A stretch of DNA of 32,000 nucleotides, taken from assembly GCF_900199515.1 (NCBI RefSeq), contig NZ_LT963434.1:1742180-1774179 (forward strand). Direction: 5' to 3'. Under the pieces are notes generated by a model, which made no database searches, was not told the DNA's origin, and saw only the letters and a list, made by a program, of their open reading frames with translations. Below are positions 1 through 7,156 of this stretch, piece by piece. Source of the DNA: Massilicoli timonensis. GTDB lineage: Bacteria; Bacillota_I; Bacilli_A; Erysipelotrichales; Erysipelotrichaceae. Within the stretch, counting starts at the first letter, position 1. Every line of letters begins with the position of its first letter. Position numbers and translations under genes: made by a program.

Positions 1-1149
1 GGCAGAATAAAAAAGTTCTTGGAAGGTGCTGGCATACAGCAGGCTTACCAAAAAATTGAAGCTGGCGTCGTTGTCCGGGATCAGCGCAAAAAGCGCCACT
101 TTTTTCTCACCCAGGCTGGAAAGGTCCAGTTCATCCGTGGCGGTGAGGGCCGCCACCGAGGAAAGATTGAATTTTTCCAGGCGGGACGCCAAGGTGATTT
201 GAATGGATTTCAGCGTTTTGGCAGAGCCGGAACGATAATCCTTGTAATACTTCACAGCGATGTGATCCGGGGAGCGCATTTCCAGCCGGTCAAACAGTTC
301 GTCAAGCGGCGATTGGTAGGAATCATCATCCTCCCGCACCTCCCCGGCTCGGAGCATCTCCATAATCATGGGGAAATTCTTCTCGTCCTCCGGCGCTTCG
401 TACCACAGGTAAAACACTAAAGCCATGAGGAGCATACTGGCCGCCGTATCCCAGAAAGGGTCGTTGGACTGGCTCCCTTTTGGGGTGGTGGCTTTGAACA
501 GGTTCGTCACCATCTTCTGCACATCATTGTCGGATTTCAGATAGGCAAAGGGATTGTAGCAGTGACTTTTCTCCATGTTCAGAAGGTCTACCACCTTGAT
601 CTCATAGCCCATCCGTTCCAACAGGCTGCCGCAGTCACGAAGCAGCTCCCCCTTACAGTCCAAAATAAAAAGGGACGTATTGCATTGGCAGATGTTCACT
701 TTGGCGTAGAACCGGCTCTTGCCCGCGCCGCTGCCGCCCACCACCAAAGTGTTGAGGTTGCGGCGGTGTTTCCGGCCATCCAGCCCCATGCGGACGTGCT
801 GGGTGAAAATGCGGTTTTTGAACGGGTCCTTGTCCCGGTATTTCTTATTCACAGCCCGCGGATCGCCCCATTTGGCGGAACCGTGTTCTTCGCCTCTGCG
901 GTAATTGCGCCGGGATGAGAGATAAATGCCAATGCCCAGCCCATAGGCGGCAATAAAAATGAGGACAGTTTTTACACTGTCCTCACACCACACGATTTTG
1001 AATGGATTGTTCATTGCCGCAGGCAGGGCGCTGACAATCTCCGAAAGTCCCCCGGAAGTGGCAGGCGCAATCAGCAGGGCGAACCAGATCACCGGGACCA
1101 GCCCCAGGGCATAGAGCCAGGGGCCGCCCGCCTTGTTATCTGGCTTCAT
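1..1149 (-). CDS. Type IV coupling protein (TraG/VirD4 family), N-terminal 383 codons; gene runs off the left edge
   Basis: This ORF is not in the ORF track because it has no stop in the window. Manual minus-strand translation from the ATG at 1149 gives MKPDNKAGGPWLYALGLVPVIWFALLIAP... (hydrophobic N-terminus), then the Walker A motif TLVVGGSGAGKSRFY. The frame stays open to position 1 (...LLYASTFQELFYSA). The start overlaps the stop of the upstream 65-aa ORF. Confidence 0.85.
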   Translation of the reverse strand, partial: MKPDNKAGGPWLYALGLVPVIWFALLIAPATSGGLSEIVSALPAAMNNPFKIVWCEDSVKTVLIFIAAYGLGIGIYLSSRRNYRRGEEHGSAKWGDPRAVNKKYRDKDPFKNRIFTQHVRMGLDGRKHRRNLNTLVVGGSGAGKSRFYAKVNICQCNTSLFILDCKGELLRDCGSLLERMGYEIKVVDLLNMEKSHCYNPFAYLKSDNDVQKMVTNLFKATTPKGSQSNDPFWDTAASMLLMALVFYLWYEAPEDEKNFPMIMEMLRAGEVREDDDSYQSPLDELFDRLEMRSPDHIAVKYYKDYRSGSAKTLKSIQITLASRLEKFNLSSVAALTATDELDLSSLGEKKVALFALIPDNDASFNFLVSLLYASTFQELFYSA

Positions 1150-1333
1150 CCCGACGCTTCGCTTTCTTGTCTTTTTGGGCTGGGGCGTCAATGGTTTTCA
1201 GCAGAACATCCTCCACCGGGCCGGGGTCGCGCTGTTCCTCCAGCATATCGTTGCGCAGCTCATTGAGGGCACGAATCATAATCCCATGCTCATAGCTGTC
1301 CAGGGTGAGGACGACTTTTTCCTGTCTTTCCAT
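1136..1333 (-). CDS. Small conserved ICE protein (65 aa), function unknown
   Basis: It has the SD AAAGGAGG 8 nt upstream of its ATG. It is tightly packed between neighbours. It is about 44% identical by hand alignment to the 54-aa ORF at 26760..26924 (shared LN.LRN.ML.E.RD.G....LLK...AP). Confidence 0.65.
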   Translation of the reverse strand: MERQEKVVLTLDSYEHGIMIRALNELRNDMLEEQRDPGPVEDVLLKTIDAPAQKDKKAKRRDEAR

Positions 1334-1347
1334 CGCTCATACCTCCT

Positions 1348-2274
1348 TTACCGTTCCTGGTCTTTTTGCTTGCTGTCGCGGGTGAGGCCCATAGCCCTGG
1401 CCATACGGCCATTGAGGGATTTGAAGGCGTCCCGCATATCAGTGAGGGCCGCAGGAATATCCTCCCTGGGGACCTGCCCCTGAAATACGCCGTCCAGTTT
1501 GGAAATCTCATACTCTTTGGCGTCCACGCCATACCGCTTGCAGAGCATATAGCTGACCGCATAGGCTTTGTAGCCATCTGTCTCTCTGGAATAGCCATCC
1601 ATGCTTTGGGCAAGCTGCACATTGGCAACCTCCAGAGAAACACAGCGGAAGATGTCCGGCGCGTCCATGCCTTTTTTCACCAGGATGGCGTTCTGCTCTG
1701 CAGAAAACATGGCACCTCGGCCCTGGGGCAGTTCCTCCACGGCCCGGATGGGAACCGGGGAACTGGCGATCAGGCCCTTTAAGAGCAGGCGGTCATCGTA
1801 GCTCACCTGGGGATGAACCTGATCCCTCGCCGTAGTCTGGGAAATATCATAGACTTCCTTGGCGTAAAAGTTCTGGCCCACGCTGCCATCCTCACGCCGG
1901 TATGCTTTGCCCGGCTCCAGAATGATGATGGGCAAACGCTTCTCATCCTCCAAAATCTCGACCCCCTGGGCGTGCCACTCTTTGTAACCGCCCACACGCA
2001 CCGCGTCGGGGCACTTATCCCCAATCAGCAGCGCATTGCGGGCAGAGTGGAAGGGAAAACGGCTCTGCACATCCAGATATGCCTCCATACTGCCCGTACC
2101 CTCGGAGAACTCTCCAAAAATCCGGTCCAAGGTGGCATAGGCTTCTTTTCGCTGTTTTTCCTCCCGGACCTGCCACCACTGGCGCTTGGGGCGCTCTTTC
2201 TGGCTTTCCTGCTTTTGCGGCGCAGCCTCCGCCTGGGGCTGCTGTTCAAACAGATCGTCAAAATTATTCATCAC
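1348..2274 (-). CDS. Hypothetical protein with ArdC-N-like (ssDNA-binding, antirestriction-type) domain
   Basis: The ORF is 308 aa; the first track codon is GTG and an ATG follows at 2271. The segment HSARNALLIGDKCPDAVRVGGYKEWHAQGVEILEDEKRLPIIILEP resembles the ArdC N-terminal pattern S..N.LL...Q......tf..W...G..V.kGekg. It is translationally packed with its neighbours. Confidence 0.7.
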   Translation of the reverse strand: MMNNFDDLFEQQPQAEAAPQKQESQKERPKRQWWQVREEKQRKEAYATLDRIFGEFSEGTGSMEAYLDVQSRFPFHSARNALLIGDKCPDAVRVGGYKEWHAQGVEILEDEKRLPIIILEPGKAYRREDGSVGQNFYAKEVYDISQTTARDQVHPQVSYDDRLLLKGLIASSPVPIRAVEELPQGRGAMFSAEQNAILVKKGMDAPDIFRCVSLEVANVQLAQSMDGYSRETDGYKAYAVSYMLCKRYGVDAKEYEISKLDGVFQGQVPREDIPAALTDMRDAFKSLNGRMARAMGLTRDSKQKDQER

Positions 2275-2277
2275 AGA

Positions 2278-3093
2278 TTACCTCTCTTTCGATTTGGGTT
2301 TCTTTTTGGGTTTCGGCGGCTGGTGCCGGGTAGTTTTCTGAGCCGCCTTCTTCTGGGGTGCAGCCGGCTCCTCGGCCCTGGCAGCCTCCGCCTCCTTCTT
2401 CCGCTGGGCCTGGATGTCCCGCAGCTCCTGCCGGACGGAAGGCTTCTCGGCCCCATCAGAAGTACCCCTTGCGGACTTGCTGCTGCTCTCGGAGATAGGC
2501 TCGGACGGAGGGGATTTTTCCGCCGCTGGAGCAAAAGGGGCGTTCTTCTCTGCAGCAGGGTTCTCCGGCTGAGATTTCTCCTTCTGGACGGGCTTTTCCA
2601 TCAGCTCATCCAAAAGCTGGTCGTCCACACTCTTTTCCGGCATGGCCTGCTCCGGCGCGGCGGGTTCGCTGCCGCGCTGTTCGCGGGATTTCTCAATATC
2701 CTCCTTGATCGAAGCCGTATCCACAACGGTGAGCTTGAACTTCTCCACGATCCGGTTGGCTCTGGCAGCGTCATCCTCGAACACCAGAATGTCGATGGTG
2801 TCGTCGCCTTTCTTCACCGGGATGGGTGCGTAGAGAATCCCGTACCCCTTGGCTTGCTTGGCAAACTCCGGGCAATCCTCCTTCTTGATGGTGTAAACCT
2901 TTAGGGGGCGCTTTTCCCGCAGCATAGCTTCAATGCGGGCTTTGCCCTTGGTCTTTTTCTGGTCTTTCAAAACCGTGTAAAGGGCGGCGGCCAGATTTTT
3001 AGCAGCAGAACCGGTGATCTTGAGGGCAAATTCAGCACCCTCCAGGCTCATCCGTACCACTTGCTCCGCCGCGTCGCCTGAGTTATACATCAA
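2278..3093 (-). CDS. PcfB-like (DUF3801-type) conjugative element protein with Lys/Pro/Ala-rich C-terminal tail
   Basis: The ORF is 271 aa; the track start is TTG and an ATG follows at 3090. The N-terminal ~120 aa (AEQVVRMSLEGAEFALKITGSAAKNLAAALYTVLKDQKKTKGKARI...YTIKKED...FAKQAKGYGILYA) match my memory of PcfB family proteins located next to relaxases. Confidence 0.65.
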   Translation of the reverse strand: MMYNSGDAAEQVVRMSLEGAEFALKITGSAAKNLAAALYTVLKDQKKTKGKARIEAMLREKRPLKVYTIKKEDCPEFAKQAKGYGILYAPIPVKKGDDTIDILVFEDDAARANRIVEKFKLTVVDTASIKEDIEKSREQRGSEPAAPEQAMPEKSVDDQLLDELMEKPVQKEKSQPENPAAEKNAPFAPAAEKSPPSEPISESSSKSARGTSDGAEKPSVRQELRDIQAQRKKEAEAARAEEPAAPQKKAAQKTTRHQPPKPKKKPKSKER

Positions 3094-3096
3094 AAA

Positions 3097-4533
3097 TCAT
3101 CTCCTTCCTGGGGGAGCCGCCCGGCCCTGCTCCGGCTCCTGGCGGGCTTTCTCATCCTTACCGGAGACTTCTTCACGGGCGGCCTGTATCTTATCCTTGA
3201 TGGAAGTGGAGCGCAGGGCAATATCCTCGCACAGCTTCACCTCCCGGCGCAGCTCATTTATCTGCGCAGAAAGTTTGGAGATCTCAGCCCGGATGTGCTC
3301 CTGTCCAGCAGGGTCGGCCAGCACCGCCTTGGTACGAAGTTGCCGGTACAGGCTTTTCCGCTGTTCCGTTAGGCCGGCAAGCTGAGATTCCACATCAGAC
3401 CGATAGACGTTAAGCTGCTCCAGGGTGTCAATGCGGTGGCGGGAAAGAAGGCGGGCTTCATCGGTAAGCTCCTGCGCCCGGATCAAATCCTCCCGCAGTG
3501 CATGGGGCACCCGCCTGGGCGGGCGGTTCTTCTTTTGGGGGAATACCCCCAGCAGATAGCAGTAGTGGAAGTAGAGGGCGCGGAACCCCGTCACCTTTTT
3601 GGCCTGTTTCAAATCCCCGTGGAGCCTGCACCGCAGCGGCTCCGGCCTGTGTTCCCGCTGGGGGCGGCGCTGGGCTAAAATCCGCTTGCGGATGTTCTCC
3701 ATAGAGTAGTCCTCGCCAAAGTTGCGCATGAGCTTACGCCCACGGGGGTAATTCGGCGGACGAACCGTAATGTCCTTGCCCACTTTGATGTCGTAACCCA
3801 TCTGCCGCAGACGATAAAAAAACTGCCGTTCCGTCATAGACTGGCGGATGGCAGTATCCACATCGGCTTTGATGAGGGAGAGATAGGTGGGGCGGCCTTC
3901 CTGCTCGGCCCGCCATTCCCCGTAGTGCTTGGATTTTCCCCGCTGGGGGTTCTCAATGACGGAAAGCCCATACTCCCGGCACAGCCGGTCGGATTCCCGC
4001 TGCATATCGAAATAATCCTGCTCGGTACGATGGTACTTGATGCCGTCCACGAAGGAAACCGTGTTCACTACAAAATGATTGTGCAGATGATTTTCCCTGT
4101 CCAGATGGGTAGCCACCAGCACCTGGTATTTTTCACCCCACAGCTTTTTTGCCAGGGCAAGGCCGATCTCATGGGCCAGCTCCGGCGTGGCCTCGCCGGG
4201 GGCAAAGCTCTGATAGCCGTGGTAGGCCACAGTCCCGTCCTCCTTTCCGAAACGCTTTTTTACCGCTATCATCTCATCGCGGGCAGTAGAGGGGCTGCAA
4301 TTCACCCCGGAAACAAACTGCCGCATGACCGTTTCGCCTTCGCTTTCCACCGCCTTGCCTGTTTTTTGCTGCTGGACGGCATACTCGATCACATCGGATA
4401 GGCCCTGGGCCTCCTTGCCATCCATATTCTGCTTTTCAAAGAAATCAGGATTTTCGGTCTTGTCTGGATTTTCAATATAGATGAGGACCTTGCCCAGCCA
4501 GCCGTTCACCCGCCAGATAGATGTGGTAGCCAA
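3097..4533 (-). CDS. Relaxase/mobilisation nuclease (MobA/VirD2-type relaxase domain)
   Basis: The ORF is 478 aa. It carries the histidine-cluster motif ATHLDRENHLHNHFVVNTVS typical of MOB relaxases. A coiled-coil C-terminus is present. It lies immediately downstream of mobC. Confidence 0.9.
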   Translation of the reverse strand: MATTSIWRVNGWLGKVLIYIENPDKTENPDFFEKQNMDGKEAQGLSDVIEYAVQQQKTGKAVESEGETVMRQFVSGVNCSPSTARDEMIAVKKRFGKEDGTVAYHGYQSFAPGEATPELAHEIGLALAKKLWGEKYQVLVATHLDRENHLHNHFVVNTVSFVDGIKYHRTEQDYFDMQRESDRLCREYGLSVIENPQRGKSKHYGEWRAEQEGRPTYLSLIKADVDTAIRQSMTERQFFYRLRQMGYDIKVGKDITVRPPNYPRGRKLMRNFGEDYSMENIRKRILAQRRPQREHRPEPLRCRLHGDLKQAKKVTGFRALYFHYCYLLGVFPQKKNRPPRRVPHALREDLIRAQELTDEARLLSRHRIDTLEQLNVYRSDVESQLAGLTEQRKSLYRQLRTKAVLADPAGQEHIRAEISKLSAQINELRREVKLCEDIALRSTSIKDKIQAAREEVSGKDEKARQEPEQGRAAPPGRR

Positions 4534-4535
4534 AG

Positions 4536-4865
4536 TTACTCCATAGCGCGGGGAAGGATCACCGCTTTGGTGATGTCCCGGACGAGCTGGTCAAACTTCC
4601 GCATTTCCTCATCATAGCGGCGCTCATCAATGACGCCCAGCACATGGGCTTTCTGGGCGATCTGGTTGAGGTTGCCGCCAATCCGGTGAAGCTCCCGCAT
4701 AAAGTCGTAGTAGGCGGGTGGCGGTGCGTCTTGGGGAACCAGGCCGTTCACCAGATGGCGCAAGTACGCCTCACGGGAAAGGCCGCTGCGCTTTACTTTT
4801 TTGTTGAAGGCTTCTGCCTCTTTTTTGTCCAGCCAAAACTGAACGTGTACGTTGCGTTTTCTCAT
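4536..4865 (-). CDS. mobC: MobC-family relaxosome accessory protein
   Basis: The motif LHRIGGNLNQIAQKAH is the MobC signature (G.NLNQIA). I place the start at the ATG at 4865 (MRKRNVHVQFWLDKKEAEAF) with SD AAGGAGG. The longer track ORF from 4913 lacks an SD and overlaps the small peptide ORF. Confidence 0.85.
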   Translation of the reverse strand: MRKRNVHVQFWLDKKEAEAFNKKVKRSGLSREAYLRHLVNGLVPQDAPPPAYYDFMRELHRIGGNLNQIAQKAHVLGVIDERRYDEEMRKFDQLVRDITKAVILPRAME

Positions 4866-4975
4866 TCTTCCGAATCCTCCTTTCTGCCTATGCGGTTGAT
4901 TTGAAGCAGGCACATAATCAGCACGCCGACCACACCGCCCAGCAGAAATCCAATGGCGAAAAACAATCCTTCCAT
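4862..4975 (-). CDS. Small single-pass membrane peptide (37 aa)
   Basis: This ORF is not in the ORF track. Manual translation gives MEGLFFAIGFLLGGVVGVLIMCLLQINRIGRKEDSEE. The SD GGATGGAGG lies upstream. Its stop overlaps the mobC start (ATGA), and its 3' end encodes the mobC SD. Confidence 0.55.
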   Translation of the reverse strand: MEGLFFAIGFLLGGVVGVLIMCLLQINRIGRKEDSEE

Positions 4976-5003
4976 GAAAACCTCCATCCTTTCAAAAGGG
5001 GTA

Positions 5004-5094
5004 TTAGGGGGCGTTCCCCCTAACAAGCGGCCTTTGTGGTATCACAAAGGCGATGCTTGCTGGTACAACTACATTCCATTCCCCTGTGGGGAAT
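5004..5094. promoter_or_regulatory. Cluster of three perfect short hairpins; candidate oriT / relaxosome site upstream of the mobC-relaxase genes
   Basis: Hairpin 1 is TTAGGGGG-cgtt-CCCCCTAA (5004-5023). Hairpin 2 is CCTTTGTG-gtat-CACAAAGG (5031-5050). Hairpin 3 is ATTCCCC-tgt-GGGGAAT (5078-5094). All three sit in the only sizeable non-coding gap next to mobC. Confidence 0.4.
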
Positions 5095-5116
5095 CCGGGA
5101 CAGGCGAAAAAAGAAC

Positions 5117-5308
5117 TCACCGCTCGCCCCGGTCACGGGAATACCGTTTTGCCTGGAACTCCACGCCGGTAAAATGGCTGGCGTCCAGAACGACCTCGCC
5201 ACGTTTCCATTGGTCCCTGGCAAACTGCTCGGCCTCCTCCCGGCTGTTTGCCGCCACCTTCATTTTCACCTCCAGCGTTTCCCGGATGGTAACATCATAA
5301 TGGTTCAT
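5117..5308 (-). CDS. DpnD/PcfM-like small protein
   Basis: The ORF is 63 aa: MNHYDVTIRETLEVKMKVAANSREEAEQFARDQWKRGEVVLDASHFTGVEF. The pattern and size match my memory of the DpnD/PcfM family. Its ATG overlaps the upstream stop (ATGA), and an SD AAAGGAG is present. Confidence 0.6.
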   Translation of the reverse strand: MNHYDVTIRETLEVKMKVAANSREEAEQFARDQWKRGEVVLDASHFTGVEFQAKRYSRDRGER

Positions 5309-6276
5309 CGCTCATGCTCCTTTCCATGGCTGCCCCGAATGGGAATCCCCAGCCGGTGGCACAGAAAATCATTCACATCCTTTCCACGGGGCGGCGGTTT
5401 GTCCTCCACCCGGTAGCCCTCCGGCATAACAGCCTTGATTGCCTTGGCCGCCAGCCGGCCAGCGGTGTCGTTGTCCAGATGAAGATAGACGGTTTTCACA
5501 TGAGGGTGATCCTCTAAAAATCGGGTAAGGGCCACCGGCAGCTTGCTTTCCTCGATCTTTTTCTTCGGCTGGTACACCCCCGCCAGGGACAACAGATTGT
5601 GCCGCCGCCAGTCAATCCCGTCCAGCTTGCAGAGGGTGGCGTAGGACATCACATCAATGGCACATTCGCACAGATGGACCGCCGGATTCTCCACGCAGGC
5701 GGGCAGGGTAAAGGAAAAGTGCTTATCACTGCCGCTTAAATCCCCATGGAACCGAGCCTCGCTTATCCCGCGCAGGCATCCGAACCGCGCCTTGCCATCT
5801 TTATCAAAGCCCACAAAAACCACGTTGCTGTGTCCCTTGTTCCGGCTCTCATAAATCCGCCCGGTCTGAACACAGTAGTCCAAAATCTCCTGGTCAATGC
5901 CCCTTCCCTTGAGATAGTCCATCATCGCCTGATTGTCCGGGGCAGCCTGGGGCAGAAGCAAGTGCTTGGGCTTTTCCCCTTTCGGCGCTGGCACAAAGGA
6001 AGGCGGCGGGATGGCCGCCCTGCCGGAGATGGTTTCCATGGCCTCCAGAAAGGAATAGCCATTGACCTTGATGAGATAGTCCAGAGCACTGTAACCGCCG
6101 ATCCCACGGGAAAACCAGCACCATTTGCCGTTAGAGATACGCAGGCTGTCATGGGTCTTGGTGCAGTAGACGTTGCCGGATACATGAACCAACTCCTGGG
6201 GTTCGCAGGTTTGCAGGTAGGTGAGTAGGTCCACCCGCCTTGCCTGTTCGATGGCTTCTGAATCGTAAAAAGGCAT
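5305..6276 (-). CDS. DUF3991 + Toprim domain protein (primase/topoisomerase-like, TraC-type)
   Basis: The ORF is 323 aa. The N-terminal segment ARRVDLLTYLQTCEPQELVHVSGNVYCTKTHDSLRISNGKWCWFSRGIGG resembles DUF3991. The C-terminal Toprim acidic motifs are LCECAIDVMS and YLHLDNDTAGR. Confidence 0.85.
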   Translation of the reverse strand: MPFYDSEAIEQARRVDLLTYLQTCEPQELVHVSGNVYCTKTHDSLRISNGKWCWFSRGIGGYSALDYLIKVNGYSFLEAMETISGRAAIPPPSFVPAPKGEKPKHLLLPQAAPDNQAMMDYLKGRGIDQEILDYCVQTGRIYESRNKGHSNVVFVGFDKDGKARFGCLRGISEARFHGDLSGSDKHFSFTLPACVENPAVHLCECAIDVMSYATLCKLDGIDWRRHNLLSLAGVYQPKKKIEESKLPVALTRFLEDHPHVKTVYLHLDNDTAGRLAAKAIKAVMPEGYRVEDKPPPRGKDVNDFLCHRLGIPIRGSHGKEHER

Positions 6277-6286
6277 AAAAAAATAC

Positions 6287-6351
6287 AGCCCCCTTTACAT
6301 AGCCGTAGATTAGCCGCCCCATGTGGGGTAGCTGGCTATGTAAAGGGGGCT
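6287..6351. repeat. Perfect 18-bp inverted repeat with a 29-nt spacer, directly upstream of the Toprim gene start
   Basis: The arms are AGCCCCCTTTACATAGCC (6287-6304) and GGCTATGTAAAGGGGGCT (6334-6351). On the minus-strand RNA the 3' arm contains the only SD-like purine run (AAAGGGGG). It is followed by GUAUUUUUUU and then the AUG at 6276. Confidence 0.85.
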
Positions 6352-6369
6352 ATATTCGTTTCAGTATGT

Positions 6370-6400
6370 AAAAAACGGTGCAGATCGCTCCGCACCGTTT
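6370..6400 (-). terminator. Rho-independent terminator after the 110-aa gene
   Basis: The minus strand reads AACGGTGC-ggagcgatct-GCACCGTT followed by TTTTTT. It lies 8 nt after the stop at 6408. Confidence 0.7.
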
Positions 6401-6407
6401 CATAGGG

Positions 6408-6740
6408 CTATTCAGTTTTGAAAGCGCCGATTTTCTTCAGATAAGCAAACCCGTCTGCATGGCCCCGAAAGTAGATGTGTTCCCGTTCCATATTATCGGT
6501 ACGCATATACAGCCGGATAAATTCCTTCAAGGCTTCATGCTCCTCCGCAGTAAAGGAAAGTTCTCCCTTGCCCTCCAGCAGAGCGCCAATCGCAGGATTT
6601 CGGCGTTTCAGTTCTTCCATCTGGGCCTTCAACTCGGTATATTCCGGGCTGGCAGCCGCCAAATCCATCACAATGTCGCTGTCGATTTCAGAAAACTGCT
6701 CGGAAATGCGCTCCGGGAGCAGGCAGTAGCTATCGTCCAT
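6408..6740 (-). CDS. Acidic hypothetical protein (110 aa)
   Basis: The SD is AAGGGGTG. The ORF sits between a candidate promoter and a terminator. The sequence is protein-like (helical, Glu-rich). Confidence 0.7.
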   Translation of the reverse strand: MDDSYCLLPERISEQFSEIDSDIVMDLAAASPEYTELKAQMEELKRRNPAIGALLEGKGELSFTAEEHEALKEFIRLYMRTDNMEREHIYFRGHADGFAYLKKIGAFKTE

Positions 6741-6772
6741 CTATCATCACCCCTTATCACGATTTTTATTAT

Positions 6773-6801
6773 ACTATACCTGCCCCGCAGCGCAATGGCA
6801 A
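6773..6801 (-). promoter_or_regulatory. Candidate sigma-70-type promoter for the 110-aa gene
   Basis: The minus strand reads TTGCCA (6801-6796), a 17-nt spacer, then TATAGT (6778-6773). An overlapping TATAAT is also present. The element lies ~30 nt upstream of the ATG at 6740. Confidence 0.4.
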
Positions 6802-6809
6802 ATGTGCAA

Positions 6810-7145
6810 TCACCTTTCTTTCTGCGCTTTGGCTTTCTGTTTGGCTTCGGCGGCCCTGGCCTGTTCCTGGACAGTATCCCATACCGTATCCATATAAGAG
6901 GTTTCCTGGTTCTCCCACCGCTCAAAAATCCGCTTCAAGGGCTTGTCAGATTTCAGCAGCGCCCTGGCCTGACTATCCTCCAGATCGTGGTATTCAAGAG
7001 ACATCAGGATGTCCTCCCGCACCGTGTACTCATAGGCATGGTTCAAAATCTCAGCCGGCGGTTGGGAGAGCAGCCAATCCCGGAACTGCTCCTGTTCCGC
7101 AAACATTTTCTCATAGAGCCTGGTATTTAATTCTTCGTTGGTCAT
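6810..7145 (-). CDS. Hypothetical protein (111 aa), DUF3848-like by memory
   Basis: The SD AGGAGG follows the stop of the giant ORF. The sequence LYEKMFAEQEQFRDWLLSQPPAEILNHAYEYTVREDIL is recalled from ICE-associated small proteins. Confidence 0.7.
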   Translation of the reverse strand: MTNEELNTRLYEKMFAEQEQFRDWLLSQPPAEILNHAYEYTVREDILMSLEYHDLEDSQARALLKSDKPLKRIFERWENQETSYMDTVWDTVQEQARAAEAKQKAKAQKER

Positions 7146-7156
7146 CGTATCCTCCT

